Source: a virus
Taxonomy: Duplodnaviria > Caudoviricetes
Reading direction: 5' to 3' (one strand)
Virus record (IMG/VR): IMGVR_UViG_3300008110_007313
Length of the DNA: 64,000 nucleotides
Positions 17,868 through 27,002 of the stretch are shown here, one piece after another. Position numbers and translations under genes: made by a program. Position 1 is the first letter of the stretch. Every line of letters starts with the position of its first letter. The notes beneath the pieces were generated by a model. That model searched no databases and was not told the DNA's origin. It saw only the letters and a program-made list of their open reading frames with translations.

Positions 17868-18258
17868 CCTTGACAGCCTCAATTCCAAACTGTTCGAGCA
17901 ACACGGCTCGGCAGGCATCTACGGTGCGTTTAGTTACCACTACCTTGCCGCCCATGAATCCCACATAGAGATTTCGGTGTGTTACAAACTTGATCTCACC
18001 ATCGGCACCTGTGTGCTTTTGACGAGCGGCAGGTTTGGCTGTCGCTGTCTTGGCAGGTGCCTTTGCAGGCTTTTCTGCTTTGGCAGGCACTGCCGCAGGC
18101 ACTGGTGCTACCAGCTTAGGTGCGGCATTGACAGACCCATGCTTCTTGTCATACTTGGCAATCTGCTCTGGAGTCATGCCCCAAGTGGCTAACAGACGTT
18201 TGACTTCTGTACCGGGCAGTTGATTCCAGTGGATGATTTTGTCGGTCCAGTTCTGCAT
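17857..18258 (-). CDS. hypothetical early protein with Ala/Pro/Lys linker
   Basis: 133 aa; AAAAGGAGCCACA SD. Confidence 0.75.
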   Translation of the reverse strand: MQNWTDKIIHWNQLPGTEVKRLLATWGMTPEQIAKYDKKHGSVNAAPKLVAPVPAAVPAKAEKPAKAPAKTATAKPAARQKHTGADGEIKFVTHRNLYVGFMGGKVVVTKRTVDACRAVLLEQFGIEAVKVDA

Positions 18259-18286
18259 TGTGGCTCCTTTTAGTTACTATACAAGT

Positions 18287-18315
18287 ATTATAACAAATTG
18301 GCAATTATTGGTCAA
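18287..18315 (-). promoter_or_regulatory. early sigma70 promoter
   Basis: TTGACC-N17-TATAAT. Confidence 0.85.
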
Positions 18316-18320
18316 CCGTT

Positions 18321-18500
18321 TTACGCAGAAGCAAACAACTTGCCCATTTCGCGGAAAACTACACGGCTTGCACGAAGCTGGTCAAATGTGAGATCGTCCT
18401 CACCGCTGTCTTGCATCTGTTGCAGGGTTTCCAGCAGTCCGGGCAAGGCCCAATCTTTTTGGTATTGCTGGACAACTTGCATGGCTTGTTCGAAGTTCAT
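18321..18500 (-). CDS. hypothetical early protein (59 aa)
   Basis: MNFEQAMQVVQQYQKDWALPGLLETLQQMQ..; AAAGGAGCCACAA SD; not in the ORF track. Confidence 0.7.
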   Translation of the reverse strand: MNFEQAMQVVQQYQKDWALPGLLETLQQMQDSGEDDLTFDQLRASRVVFREMGKLFASA

Positions 18501-18531
18501 TTGTGGCTCCTTTGTTTCTTACTATGCTTAT

Positions 18532-18560
18532 ATTATAGCAAAATGGGAATATTCGGTCAA
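18532..18560 (-). promoter_or_regulatory. early sigma70 promoter
   Basis: TTGACC-N17-TATAAT. Confidence 0.85.
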
Positions 18561-18566
18561 CCAGCT

Positions 18567-18594
18567 AAAACTGCTGAAATTTTCAGCAGTTTTT
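18567..18594. terminator. bidirectional terminator-like perfect inverted repeat
   Basis: AAAACTGCTGAAA-T-TTTCAGCAGTTTT, with T runs on both strands. Confidence 0.7.
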
Positions 18595-18612
18595 GTGGTA
18601 TTTTTGCAACAT

Positions 18613-18822
18613 TTAGCCGTTGCGACGGGCTAACAGACGTACAAAGTCTTGTTGCAATTCTGCAACATCTTCGTTTGACACATAGAAGTCAGTGGTAGGA
18701 TCGTAGTACTCGCCTGCTTTGGGATCGTAGTACAGAACCTGACCGTTGGGGTAGTGGAAAGGACCTTCTAAGCCCTTGCGTGGACCGTATTCCTTGTTGT
18801 GCTTGAAAACGATGTAGCTCAT
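18613..18822 (-). CDS. hypothetical early protein
   Basis: 69 aa (GPFHYPNGQVLYYDPKAGEYYDP); AAAGGAGCCACC SD. Confidence 0.75.
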   Translation of the reverse strand: MSYIVFKHNKEYGPRKGLEGPFHYPNGQVLYYDPKAGEYYDPTTDFYVSNEDVAELQQDFVRLLARRNG

Positions 18823-18848
18823 GGTGGCTCCTTTGTTGCTATGTTGTT

Positions 18849-18877
18849 ATTATAGCAAATTGGGTATTTTGGGTCAA
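18849..18877 (-). promoter_or_regulatory. early sigma70 promoter
   Basis: TTGACC-N17-TATAAT. Confidence 0.85.
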
Positions 18878-18881
18878 CCTT

Positions 18882-19622
18882 TTATTGCCACAGATCTTGT
18901 ACTACTTTTTCGTTAATTTCGTGCGGTTTTGGGTGCCCGTGAAAAACTAATACTGAAGTACGCGGGTCAATGTTGATGCCTGCGCCCGGTATCTTGTGAC
19001 GACGCCGAGGAAAATCATACCCGCCGTCCACACACTGCCAGCGCCAACTTTGAAACTGCCAGTCTGGCATGAGTCTGTAGCGGTTAACTCCCAGTTGATG
19101 TTGTATGTAATCTTGATCACCTGGGTAGCGGCGCATAGTGGTAGCCAAGTCTTTGGTGTTGAATTCGTCCCATAACCAGCTTACATTGGGCACATTAAAC
19201 CACATCACACTGCTGTTAAGTCCTTGTTTGGTTGGCGTTTGCAAATAACGAAAATCTCTAATAGCCCAGAGATAATTGAGATCTAATTTTGTGATCCAAT
19301 CAATTTCACGCACAATCACAGTGTCAAGATCAAAGTACAGTAAATTGCCATTGAACAAATCTCGGTTGAACAACTGTAGCTTGTACCACCACGATTTCTT
19401 GGGCCCTGATACTCCGGGCCATTCTTCCAGGCAGTGCTTGACCATGTGCGGCGGAACTGATCTATGATGTTCAGTATACACATGTAATCTAATACCGCCA
19501 GGACGCACACGCTCCAACATGTTGTGCAGTTTTTCAACATACTGCCAATCATATCCTGTGCCGTGTATCACACAAGCACAGTCAATTATGTCGTCAGTGC
19601 GCTCTCTAATCTTTTTAACCAT
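18882..19622 (-). CDS. GT-A glycosyltransferase (GT8-like)
   Basis: LYFDLDTVI (DxD), NSSVM, GDQDYI, VFHGHPKP. Confidence 0.8.
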   Translation of the reverse strand: MVKKIRERTDDIIDCACVIHGTGYDWQYVEKLHNMLERVRPGGIRLHVYTEHHRSVPPHMVKHCLEEWPGVSGPKKSWWYKLQLFNRDLFNGNLLYFDLDTVIVREIDWITKLDLNYLWAIRDFRYLQTPTKQGLNSSVMWFNVPNVSWLWDEFNTKDLATTMRRYPGDQDYIQHQLGVNRYRLMPDWQFQSWRWQCVDGGYDFPRRRHKIPGAGINIDPRTSVLVFHGHPKPHEINEKVVQDLWQ

Positions 19623-20437
19623 AGGCCTCTTTCTATTTCTTCCACAGTGTATTCAGTGTGACATATTTCAGTCAGCCACTGATCACGATCCACTGTGTAG
19701 GGCTGTTCAATATTGTCCAGGCTCACGCCCACTGGATAAGCCAAACTGGTACTGTCGACCACGGGACGAACTCCAGCAATAGCGGCTTGTACGCCAGGTC
19801 CTGAATTGTAATTGACCACAGCATGACAATCAAAATGCATGTCAAAGCTGTCATAGGTATTTGCAATCTTTTGCGGATGTTCTATGTTCACACCTGGTGG
19901 TAATGGGAACAAAGGTGTACGACAACGTGGGTGCGGTCTTATTAAGATAGGACGATCTGTGTGGGTGCGCAATTTGGTTAGGGTATTGCGCACCCATTCA
20001 GTCATGTTGGTAATGTGTTCAACCTGCAGGCTGCGAGCATGCTGCATGGCCAAGATCACATGCGGCCGGGGTTTTATTTTTTGTGCCAGACTGATCTTTA
20101 ATCGTTGCGGTCTGCCCCAGTCTAGATTTTCTGTGTGCCCATAATAACCCTGTGCAGTGATATTGTTCACTGCAATTTTCCAAGTGTTGCCACGATACAG
20201 TGCGCCAATTTCCACAATGATTACAGGTTTGTTTTCCCTGCGGTAGTGTTCGTATACTTCACGATTTTTGCTCATGCGTCCGTGGAACAACGCCGACCAA
20301 ATAATGACTGCGTCACTGTGCATGCTATTTTCTTGTGTTTGAATTCCACGTGCCTGTAGACTGTCTAACACAGCACTCATGACTGGTCCAGAATTAAGAG
20401 CACACTGCAAAGGAAAATAGGCTATGTTTTTGATCAT
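19586..20437 (-). CDS. KpsS/Capsule_synth-like GT-B protein (paralogue 1)
   Basis: LIRPHP, VVNYNSGPGVQAAIAGVRPV, DRDQWL..EIERG. Confidence 0.65.
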   Translation of the reverse strand: MIKNIAYFPLQCALNSGPVMSAVLDSLQARGIQTQENSMHSDAVIIWSALFHGRMSKNREVYEHYRRENKPVIIVEIGALYRGNTWKIAVNNITAQGYYGHTENLDWGRPQRLKISLAQKIKPRPHVILAMQHARSLQVEHITNMTEWVRNTLTKLRTHTDRPILIRPHPRCRTPLFPLPPGVNIEHPQKIANTYDSFDMHFDCHAVVNYNSGPGVQAAIAGVRPVVDSTSLAYPVGVSLDNIEQPYTVDRDQWLTEICHTEYTVEEIERGLWLKRLESALTT

Positions 20438-20442
20438 AAGTA
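20437..20442 (+). promoter_or_regulatory. late-type promoter variant TAAGTA
   Basis: 6 nt before ATG 20449; no SD. Confidence 0.4.
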
Positions 20443-20448
20443 TCAACA

Positions 20449-21243
20449 ATGAAATACACAGTAGTTACCACATTTAATGCAGCCGGCTACGAGAAGTATG
20501 GACGCAGAATGATCCAGACCTTTTTGCAAACCTGGCCAACCACAGTAGAATTACAGGTCTACGCCGAAGGCTGCACAGTCACAGAGTCTGCGCCCAATTT
20601 GCGAGTGTTTGATCTAGAAGCTGCCAGTGCTGAATTAGTGGCATTCAAGACTCGTTGGCGTGGTGTGCCCAAGGCCAATGGCGATGTGTCAGCAGATCCT
20701 GTGCGTGCCAAAAGAAAAGATTCAGGCAAAGGATTTAAATGGGACGCTGTGCGTTTTGCACACAAGGTCTATGCTATATTTGCCGCTGCTCGAACCACAC
20801 ACGACTGGTTGATTTGGATGGATGCGGACATGGTATGTCACAGCAACATCACTGAACAGCGCATTGCACAACTGTGTCCAGATGATCGTGAACTTTGCTT
20901 TTTGGGGCGACGTGGCAAATTCAGCGAGTGCGGGCTGTATGCTATCAATCTTGCCAGTCAGAATGGGCAGCGTTTTGTGCAACGTTTTCAAGAAGCCTAC
21001 GATCATGACAGAATATTCTACTATGCAGAATGGCACGACAGTTATGTATTTGACGAAATAAGAAAAATAGTGGCTTGTGCTGAATTAGATTGGAGCAGCC
21101 ATTTGATCACAGGCGAAGGCCATCCCTTGATCAATTCAGAGTGGGGTGCTTACTTGGACCATTTAAAAGGTGCTAGAAAAAACACAGGGCGCAGCCTGGC
21201 CACTGATTTAAAAGTGCAACGTCAAGAACAATATTGGTCATGA
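20449..21243 (+). CDS. GT-A nucleotide-diphospho-sugar transferase
   Basis: VVTTFN, HKVYAI, LIWMDAD (DxD), SECG, WHDSYVF, DHLKG. Confidence 0.75.
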   Translation: MKYTVVTTFNAAGYEKYGRRMIQTFLQTWPTTVELQVYAEGCTVTESAPNLRVFDLEAASAELVAFKTRWRGVPKANGDVSADPVRAKRKDSGKGFKWDAVRFAHKVYAIFAAARTTHDWLIWMDADMVCHSNITEQRIAQLCPDDRELCFLGRRGKFSECGLYAINLASQNGQRFVQRFQEAYDHDRIFYYAEWHDSYVFDEIRKIVACAELDWSSHLITGEGHPLINSEWGAYLDHLKGARKNTGRSLATDLKVQRQEQYWS

Positions 21244-22022
21244 TATTTCTCAATAAAAACAGCAACGACGAATATGTAGAAATGTTTGCCCGCGGCTGTG
21301 GTGCCAAGCCTACTGCACTGGAAACCTGGCGCTACGAAGATAGCACAGATCCTTTGCTGATTCGTGGCATAATGAAGCACAAAATAATCAAACGCTGTTG
21401 GACAGATCGCAGAGAATTTCTGTACATGGATTCTGGATACTTTGGCAACAGAGTCAGCAGACAAAATCCCAACGGTTGGAAACTGTGGCATAGAATTGTG
21501 CCCAACAATTTGCAACACGGAGATATTGTTGCTCGACCTGCTGATCGCTGGGAACAGCATGGGATTGAACTCAAGCCCTGGCAGTCAGGGCGTAAAATAT
21601 TGATTGCAGCGCCAGACGAAAAGCCCTGCAAGTTTTATGGAATAGAACTAGAAGAGTGGCTAGCAAACACAGTGGCCGCCATCAAGCGCCACACAGACCG
21701 TCCTGTGGAAATACGTCAGCGCACAAAAAATCGACAGGCCAGAGTGGCCAATGCATTTGAACATGCACTAGCAGATGTACACGCTGTAGTCACATTCAAC
21801 AGCATAGCAGCCACAGAAGCCATAATACAAGGTGTTCCTGCATTTGTGTTGGCACCCAGTAATGCTGCCCTGCCTGTGGCCAGCACAGATTTAAGCACAA
21901 TAGATAACCCACGACTAGCAGATAGATCAACAGTTGAGGCCTGGGCACATCATTTGGCTTATGGACAGTTTCATATTAGCGAGCTCCAATCCGGGCTTGC
22001 AAAGGAGATATTAAATGTATGA
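21240..22022 (+). CDS. KpsS/Capsule_synth-like GT-B protein (paralogue 2)
   Basis: YMDSGYF, VVTFNSIAATEAIIQGVPAF, WAHHLAYGQF..ELQSG; ATGA overlap. Confidence 0.65.
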   Translation: MIFLNKNSNDEYVEMFARGCGAKPTALETWRYEDSTDPLLIRGIMKHKIIKRCWTDRREFLYMDSGYFGNRVSRQNPNGWKLWHRIVPNNLQHGDIVARPADRWEQHGIELKPWQSGRKILIAAPDEKPCKFYGIELEEWLANTVAAIKRHTDRPVEIRQRTKNRQARVANAFEHALADVHAVVTFNSIAATEAIIQGVPAFVLAPSNAALPVASTDLSTIDNPRLADRSTVEAWAHHLAYGQFHISELQSGLAKEILNV

Positions 22023-22662
22023 ATTTCAAGGTTGGTGGTTTCCAGACATGGAAGACCATTTCCCAAAAATGATCAACAAAAGCATCAGCAAAGGTGGTCC
22101 TGCTGAATATCAATATCAGGTACGCGACCGTAGCTTGCGCTATGTTAAAAACAATCGCGTGGCCCTGGACATTGGCGCCAACGTAGGCTTGTGGAGCCGC
22201 AGCCTGGTCAAACACTTTGATCAAGTCATAGCCTTTGAACCTGTGGCTATGTTTCGGGACTGCTTGAGCAAAAACGTTGTAGCAGAGAACCTGACTGTGC
22301 GCACAGAAGCACTAGGCGATCGCGACCAACAAGTCACAATGGTGCTAACTGAAGGCAACACAGGACACACTCACATTGATCCCAATGCACAAGGCGGCGA
22401 AACCACTGTGATACGCCTGGATAACTTGAAGTTAGAAAAAGTGGACTACATCAAAATTGACTGCGAAGGTTACGAGTATCGTGTGTTGTATGGTGCGCAG
22501 GACACAATTCGTCGTTGCAGACCCATTGTTGTTGTGGAACAAAAGCCGCACGAAATGTATACCAAGGACTACGGACAACACGCTGCCATAGGCTTGTTGC
22601 AAGACTGGGGCATGGTTCGACTGGATCAAGTAAAAGATGATTGGATCATGGGATGGCAATAA
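22015..22662 (+). CDS. FkbM-family methyltransferase
   Basis: LDIGANVG, AFEP, IKIDCEGYEYRVLYGA. Confidence 0.92.
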   Translation: MYEFQGWWFPDMEDHFPKMINKSISKGGPAEYQYQVRDRSLRYVKNNRVALDIGANVGLWSRSLVKHFDQVIAFEPVAMFRDCLSKNVVAENLTVRTEALGDRDQQVTMVLTEGNTGHTHIDPNAQGGETTVIRLDNLKLEKVDYIKIDCEGYEYRVLYGAQDTIRRCRPIVVVEQKPHEMYTKDYGQHAAIGLLQDWGMVRLDQVKDDWIMGWQ

Positions 22663-23213
22663 TAGATCAAGCATACCAGCAACAGCTGGATCAACTGCAC
22701 AAAGGTGGCAAGTTCGACAATGGCTACAAAAGCTATCCTATTGTCAAAGACTTTTTAACACAATATCAACCCACCAGCTTGCTGGATTTTGGCTGCGGAC
22801 AAGGTGGCTTGATTCGTGCCATACAAGAACAACATCCTAGCATATTCTGTGAAGGCTATGATCCGGGCAATCATCAGTTCCGTCAGTTGCCCAAACGCAG
22901 TTATGACGCTGTGATTAGCACAGATGCAATAGAGCACATTGAACCTGCGTACTTGGACGAAACACTACGCATCATTGACAGCAAAATTCAACGCTGTGGC
23001 TGTTTTAGAATTGCCTGCTATCCTGCCAAGAAAAACTTGCCGGATGGGCGTAATGCACATTTGATTGTAGAACTTCCTGAATGGTGGCGTGACAAAATAT
23101 TGTCTACAATGAATGTGGATATTGTGTGGGAAAAGATCAAAGTAGTAGACAAAACTGCAACGTGGCCGCACGTGAAAGGCCACAACTATGATGTAATTGT
23201 TCAGCGCAAGTAA
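22653..23213 (+). CDS. class I SAM-dependent methyltransferase
   Basis: LLDFGCGQG, YDP, STDAIEHI. Confidence 0.85.
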   Translation: MAIIDQAYQQQLDQLHKGGKFDNGYKSYPIVKDFLTQYQPTSLLDFGCGQGGLIRAIQEQHPSIFCEGYDPGNHQFRQLPKRSYDAVISTDAIEHIEPAYLDETLRIIDSKIQRCGCFRIACYPAKKNLPDGRNAHLIVELPEWWRDKILSTMNVDIVWEKIKVVDKTATWPHVKGHNYDVIVQRK

Positions 23214-24130
23214 GGCAAGAACTTTTGATAGATGCGCCCTTCTCTCGCATCTTGATCACTCCAGTGTGCAGCCGCTAGGTCATTGATCCATTGGCTGCGA
23301 TCAAACTGTTGTGGTTGTTCGATTCGAGTGATATCTTTGTTGGCCACTGCCCAACTCACACAGCTGGAATCATCAGCAAACACAGGAACTCCAGAACATG
23401 CTGCTGCCACGCTGGCGCTGCTGTTGAAAAACACTGCGGCATGAGCATTTGCTAGATTGTCCAACAGTGTGCTGGTTCTTGGGTCAACTACTGTAATGCC
23501 AAGATTCACATGGTGTCGTGATTGATACTTCACAAAGTCTCTAGCTTCATAAGAACCCGGATGTGGTCTGATCAATATTGGCCTTTTGCTGTATTGGCGT
23601 ATTTGCCCAATTTTTTGTTCCAGCCAAACCAAAGGATCCAGTGTTTTCATTGCGAATCCGCCATCTCGTTGCATGCACACCAGCACATGCCCACGTTTGC
23701 TACCGGTATAGGGCAAGAGATCCACATTCAGGCTGGCACGTATTTCGTTCCATTTGTCCGGCGTGCTGTTGCGATTGGCATATTCTGCTTTGTCGTAGAA
23801 CGGTCCGCCGAGACTGTATCGCAAATAGGTGCCAGTGTTGTCCAGGTACTTGAAACAGCTGGCATCTATGCACATGGTGTGGCTGCCACGACGAGCCTGT
23901 TCAGCAATGATTTGTTTGCGCAAGGTAATGTTGGGTCCACCAGTATTGGTTGTTGCCCAACCCAGGATCACTGCCAGTTTAGCAGGGCGATATTGACAGT
24001 CCCATTCCACACGCACAGGATCGCCTGACTGTTTTACACCTTCAGCAAAGCTCTCCAAACACTGTATCTTCCTGGCATGCTTGCGAGGGTTAGCTACAGA
24101 ACTAACATACACTACAACATCATTGGCCAT
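23201..24130 (-). CDS. KpsS/Capsule_synth-like GT-B protein (paralogue 3)
   Basis: LIRPHP, AVFFNSSASVAAACSGVPVF, DRSQWINDLAAAHW..AREG. Confidence 0.65.
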   Translation of the reverse strand: MANDVVVYVSSVANPRKHARKIQCLESFAEGVKQSGDPVRVEWDCQYRPAKLAVILGWATTNTGGPNITLRKQIIAEQARRGSHTMCIDASCFKYLDNTGTYLRYSLGGPFYDKAEYANRNSTPDKWNEIRASLNVDLLPYTGSKRGHVLVCMQRDGGFAMKTLDPLVWLEQKIGQIRQYSKRPILIRPHPGSYEARDFVKYQSRHHVNLGITVVDPRTSTLLDNLANAHAAVFFNSSASVAAACSGVPVFADDSSCVSWAVANKDITRIEQPQQFDRSQWINDLAAAHWSDQDAREGRIYQKFLPYLR

Positions 24131-25094
24131 TGAGAATCCGCCATGCTGTGCCATCACGCATTTCGGGTTCTGTAAACTGACAATAGGCCAGGTGTGCAGC
24201 CCAAAGATTTACTTCGTCCAAAGTTGGAATGTATGGCTTTTCTATTTCTGACAATTGTTTACTGCACAACGGAGCGGCTGCATTGGGTCCCAGTGTAATA
24301 GCAGGTTTGCCCAGCAACAGTGCTTCAGTGGCCGCAATACTTGAAAATGTAACCAAACAATGTACGTCCTGCTCTAACGCCATGGCCATAGTATCGGTGC
24401 TCTGTCGCACACTACGGCTTTGCTTTTCACGCACAACAATAGGACGATCAGTATGTTTTTTAATTTCTGCTTGTGTGTCTATTAACCACTGCTCAAGATT
24501 GATGTTGTAGAGATTCAGCAACTTTTGACTAGGCGGGGCTAGCAGAATGTTGGTGCCTCGACGAAACTTGATGGGTTGTACGCCAGTGGCTTCTAGTCTG
24601 TCCCTGGGCCTATCAATAATAGGGCCAAAATACTGTACATCGTTTTTGGTAATACGGTGAAAGGTTTTCTTTTTTCCGTTGCCAAAATAGCCTGTGTCCA
24701 TGTAGTAGAAGTCCCGACCACTGGTACGGCATGCAGCTATCTCTTTGCGCTTGGTAATACCGCGCAGTATCACAGGAGTCATTGCTTGTTCTTCTCGACT
24801 CCAGGTACTGATGCGGCCACCAGACCCTTGAATAAAACTTTGTAAGATAGGATCGTACATGTGACCTTTTTCTGAAAATTTAAAATCTTTGCCATCGCTA
24901 GCAACTGCGGCACAAGCCCCGGTATTGAGTGCAGCTATTCTAGCGGCAATGTCTTCTACACTTTGTCCGTAGTACTCACCAGAAGGGTCCACTCTGTATT
25001 TTAATATGTCACGGAAGATAGCGGCTATCTCGGGTGTTACCATGTCTAGTTCATGGCGGGTCAAGGGCACTAGATCATCGTTTTCTTCACTCAT
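24120..25094 (-). CDS. KpsS/Capsule_synth-like GT-B protein (paralogue 4)
   Basis: YYMDTGYF, LVTFSSIAATEALLLGKPAI, WAAHLAYCQF..EMRDG. Confidence 0.65.
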   Translation of the reverse strand: MSEENDDLVPLTRHELDMVTPEIAAIFRDILKYRVDPSGEYYGQSVEDIAARIAALNTGACAAVASDGKDFKFSEKGHMYDPILQSFIQGSGGRISTWSREEQAMTPVILRGITKRKEIAACRTSGRDFYYMDTGYFGNGKKKTFHRITKNDVQYFGPIIDRPRDRLEATGVQPIKFRRGTNILLAPPSQKLLNLYNINLEQWLIDTQAEIKKHTDRPIVVREKQSRSVRQSTDTMAMALEQDVHCLVTFSSIAATEALLLGKPAITLGPNAAAPLCSKQLSEIEKPYIPTLDEVNLWAAHLAYCQFTEPEMRDGTAWRILNGQ

Positions 25095-25771
25095 AATCTT
25101 TGCTGGCAATATTCAGTAAGTATTCGTTCTCTGTGCCACTCGTTGCCTTGTGGAGTATCAGCAAACTCCTGAAAGCATGGCGTGCCAAGTGTGTAGTGCA
25201 GTAACTTGGCGTCGGCATTTGGCCCGTATTCATCAGGCAACCAGTTCCATTCAGGTGGGAGTTCGCCCACACGCTCATCATCCAGCCAAGTAAACCTGTG
25301 TAGTTCAGCACCGGTTGCTTTTTGCACAAACTCGGGAGTGAGTTTGCGATTGGGAAAACTGTTGCAGTTCCAGAGTATGACACTTGACCAGTTCTTGCGT
25401 GGATAATCTTCGTTCTTGGACCCTAGATACTTCTCAGTCATTCGAGTTTTGTAGTCATGCTTGACCACCATGACATCATTATAGGGATTTTGCAAGTCCC
25501 ATAATTCAGCAATGTCCCCACGTACAATCATGTCGCCGTCTATAAAGATAGCCCATCCTGTGTACTCCATCAAGTGAGGCACCAAGAAACGTGTGTAGAT
25601 AAAATGATTTGAGCCGTCTGTGTGCGTTTCTGAATAGTCCCGAAACAGATTAAGTGCCACAGGCACAATAGCAACAGGTCTAGAACTGTTGCGAATGATT
25701 GAATTCACACAGGTATGATATGCTATGGCTTCTCTAGGATCATATCCTACAAATACAGGAATAGCTTTCAT
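25091..25771 (-). CDS. GT-A glycosyltransferase (GT8-like)
   Basis: FVGYDPRE, FIYTRF, FIDGDM, YPRKNWSS, EWN, HYTLGTP. Confidence 0.8.
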   Translation of the reverse strand: MKAIPVFVGYDPREAIAYHTCVNSIIRNSSRPVAIVPVALNLFRDYSETHTDGSNHFIYTRFLVPHLMEYTGWAIFIDGDMIVRGDIAELWDLQNPYNDVMVVKHDYKTRMTEKYLGSKNEDYPRKNWSSVILWNCNSFPNRKLTPEFVQKATGAELHRFTWLDDERVGELPPEWNWLPDEYGPNADAKLLHYTLGTPCFQEFADTPQGNEWHRERILTEYCQQRL

Positions 25772-26526
25772 TTACGCTCAATGTCCTCTTCCACACAATC
25801 TTCGCCGTACTGAATTTCAATTAACTTGAGTGGTTGATTGGTTTCATTGCACAACTGATGCCACTCACCAAGTTTGATCCAGGTGTGTTGGTGTCGCGCT
25901 GGACTAGCCATCAAGTCATAATCAGTGCTGTGTGGATCCACTGTGTATACTGTGGCTTCACCTTCAGCAACAAACCAAAACTCTGCACGTTTTTCGTGCC
26001 GTTGCATGCTCAAGCATGTCTTGGGATTTACTGTGAGTTCTTTGAGTTTGGTGTTGGCACCCACTTCGTGTAACACTCGATAGTAACCCCAAGTGCGTTC
26101 AGTGCGCGGTTTCTTCCAGTCCTCAAGAATCCAGCTGGAGCTGTTCTTCTTGTCATGTCCCCCAACACCAAACACAAACTCAACGTCGGGCACTGACATT
26201 TCAGGAATGTTTTCCTGTGTGCGATCTCCGCCGTTGGCAAAAATGATTTCAGCATTGGGATGTCGTGCTTTTACCATACGGATAGCATCACAACTGGACC
26301 CATCGTCGTCGTTGTAAACCACAACTTCGTCAACCACTGCAAGATTGCCAACAATGGCCATGCGCTCTTGCAAAGGCATGAAAGGCCTACCTTTTTTACG
26401 GGTAAGCCATTCATCAGAGTTAAGTCCTACTATCAGTCTATCACCCAGTGTTCGGGCAGCTTTGAAATAGGCAATGTGTCCAGAGTGCAGGGGATCAAAT
26501 CCCCCAGTAACTATAACAATTTTCAT
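25768..26526 (-). CDS. HIGH-family sugar nucleotidyltransferase (RfaE-II/TagD-like) fused to a type II PMI-like cupin
   Basis: TGGFDPLHSGH, GLNSD, ANGGDR; C-terminal RTWGYYRVL, LSMQRHEKRAEFWFV, IEIQYG. Confidence 0.88.
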   Translation of the reverse strand: MKIVIVTGGFDPLHSGHIAYFKAARTLGDRLIVGLNSDEWLTRKKGRPFMPLQERMAIVGNLAVVDEVVVYNDDDGSSCDAIRMVKARHPNAEIIFANGGDRTQENIPEMSVPDVEFVFGVGGHDKKNSSSWILEDWKKPRTERTWGYYRVLHEVGANTKLKELTVNPKTCLSMQRHEKRAEFWFVAEGEATVYTVDPHSTDYDLMASPARHQHTWIKLGEWHQLCNETNQPLKLIEIQYGEDCVEEDIERK

Positions 26527-26531
26527 ATTGC

Positions 26532-26537
26532 TATTTA
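26532..26537 (-). promoter_or_regulatory. T4-late-type promoter core TAAATA
   Basis: 5 nt before ATG 26526; no SD. Confidence 0.6.
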
Positions 26538-26549
26538 CTGGCAGTGCTG

Positions 26550-27002
26550 TTACACGGTAATATCTTCCATGCCAGCTGTGCGTAATCTAGTGATATGACC
26601 CAGCTGCCATTGCTTGGTTTCTAGGCCTTTCATGATACCCAACCAGCGGTTACGCAATAACGCCACTTCGTTGATAATGGTTTCAAAATCAACCACTTCG
26701 TCTTCGCCATCAGCATACTTTTCAGCATCTCGACTAGTTAATGCTCTAGCATAGCTTTCAAGGTACTTTTGAAAATGTTTACGACGAATTTTGCGCAGTT
26801 GTATGTTGAGATAATTTAGCACAGCCTCAATTTCTTGTAGTTGGTTAAATCTGTGCTCCGTATGTCCCGGTAGTTCTTTAAGAGCACGTTCAACTAACCC
26901 ACCAATTCTACAATCGCGTTTGGCATCTTCTAGCTCACGTTCATAGTGAGCAATAAAATCAGGAATCGCCCCAAGATCAGCAACAACTTTACTGTACCAC
27001 AT
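26550..27002 (-). CDS. uvsY: recombination mediator (UvsY-like)
   Basis: 150-aa helical protein with KYADGE..GIMKGLETKQWQL, near uvsX. Confidence 0.75.
   Translation of the reverse strand: MWYSKVVADLGAIPDFIAHYERELEDAKRDCRIGGLVERALKELPGHTEHRFNQLQEIEAVLNYLNIQLRKIRRKHFQKYLESYARALTSRDAEKYADGEDEVVDFETIINEVALLRNRWLGIMKGLETKQWQLGHITRLRTAGMEDITV

Noticed and set aside
18882-26526. Glycan locus as host-chromosome DNA or a prophage boundary
   Set aside because: Flanked on both sides by phage genes, uses phage late-type boxes, and has no transport genes, integrase or att-like repeats
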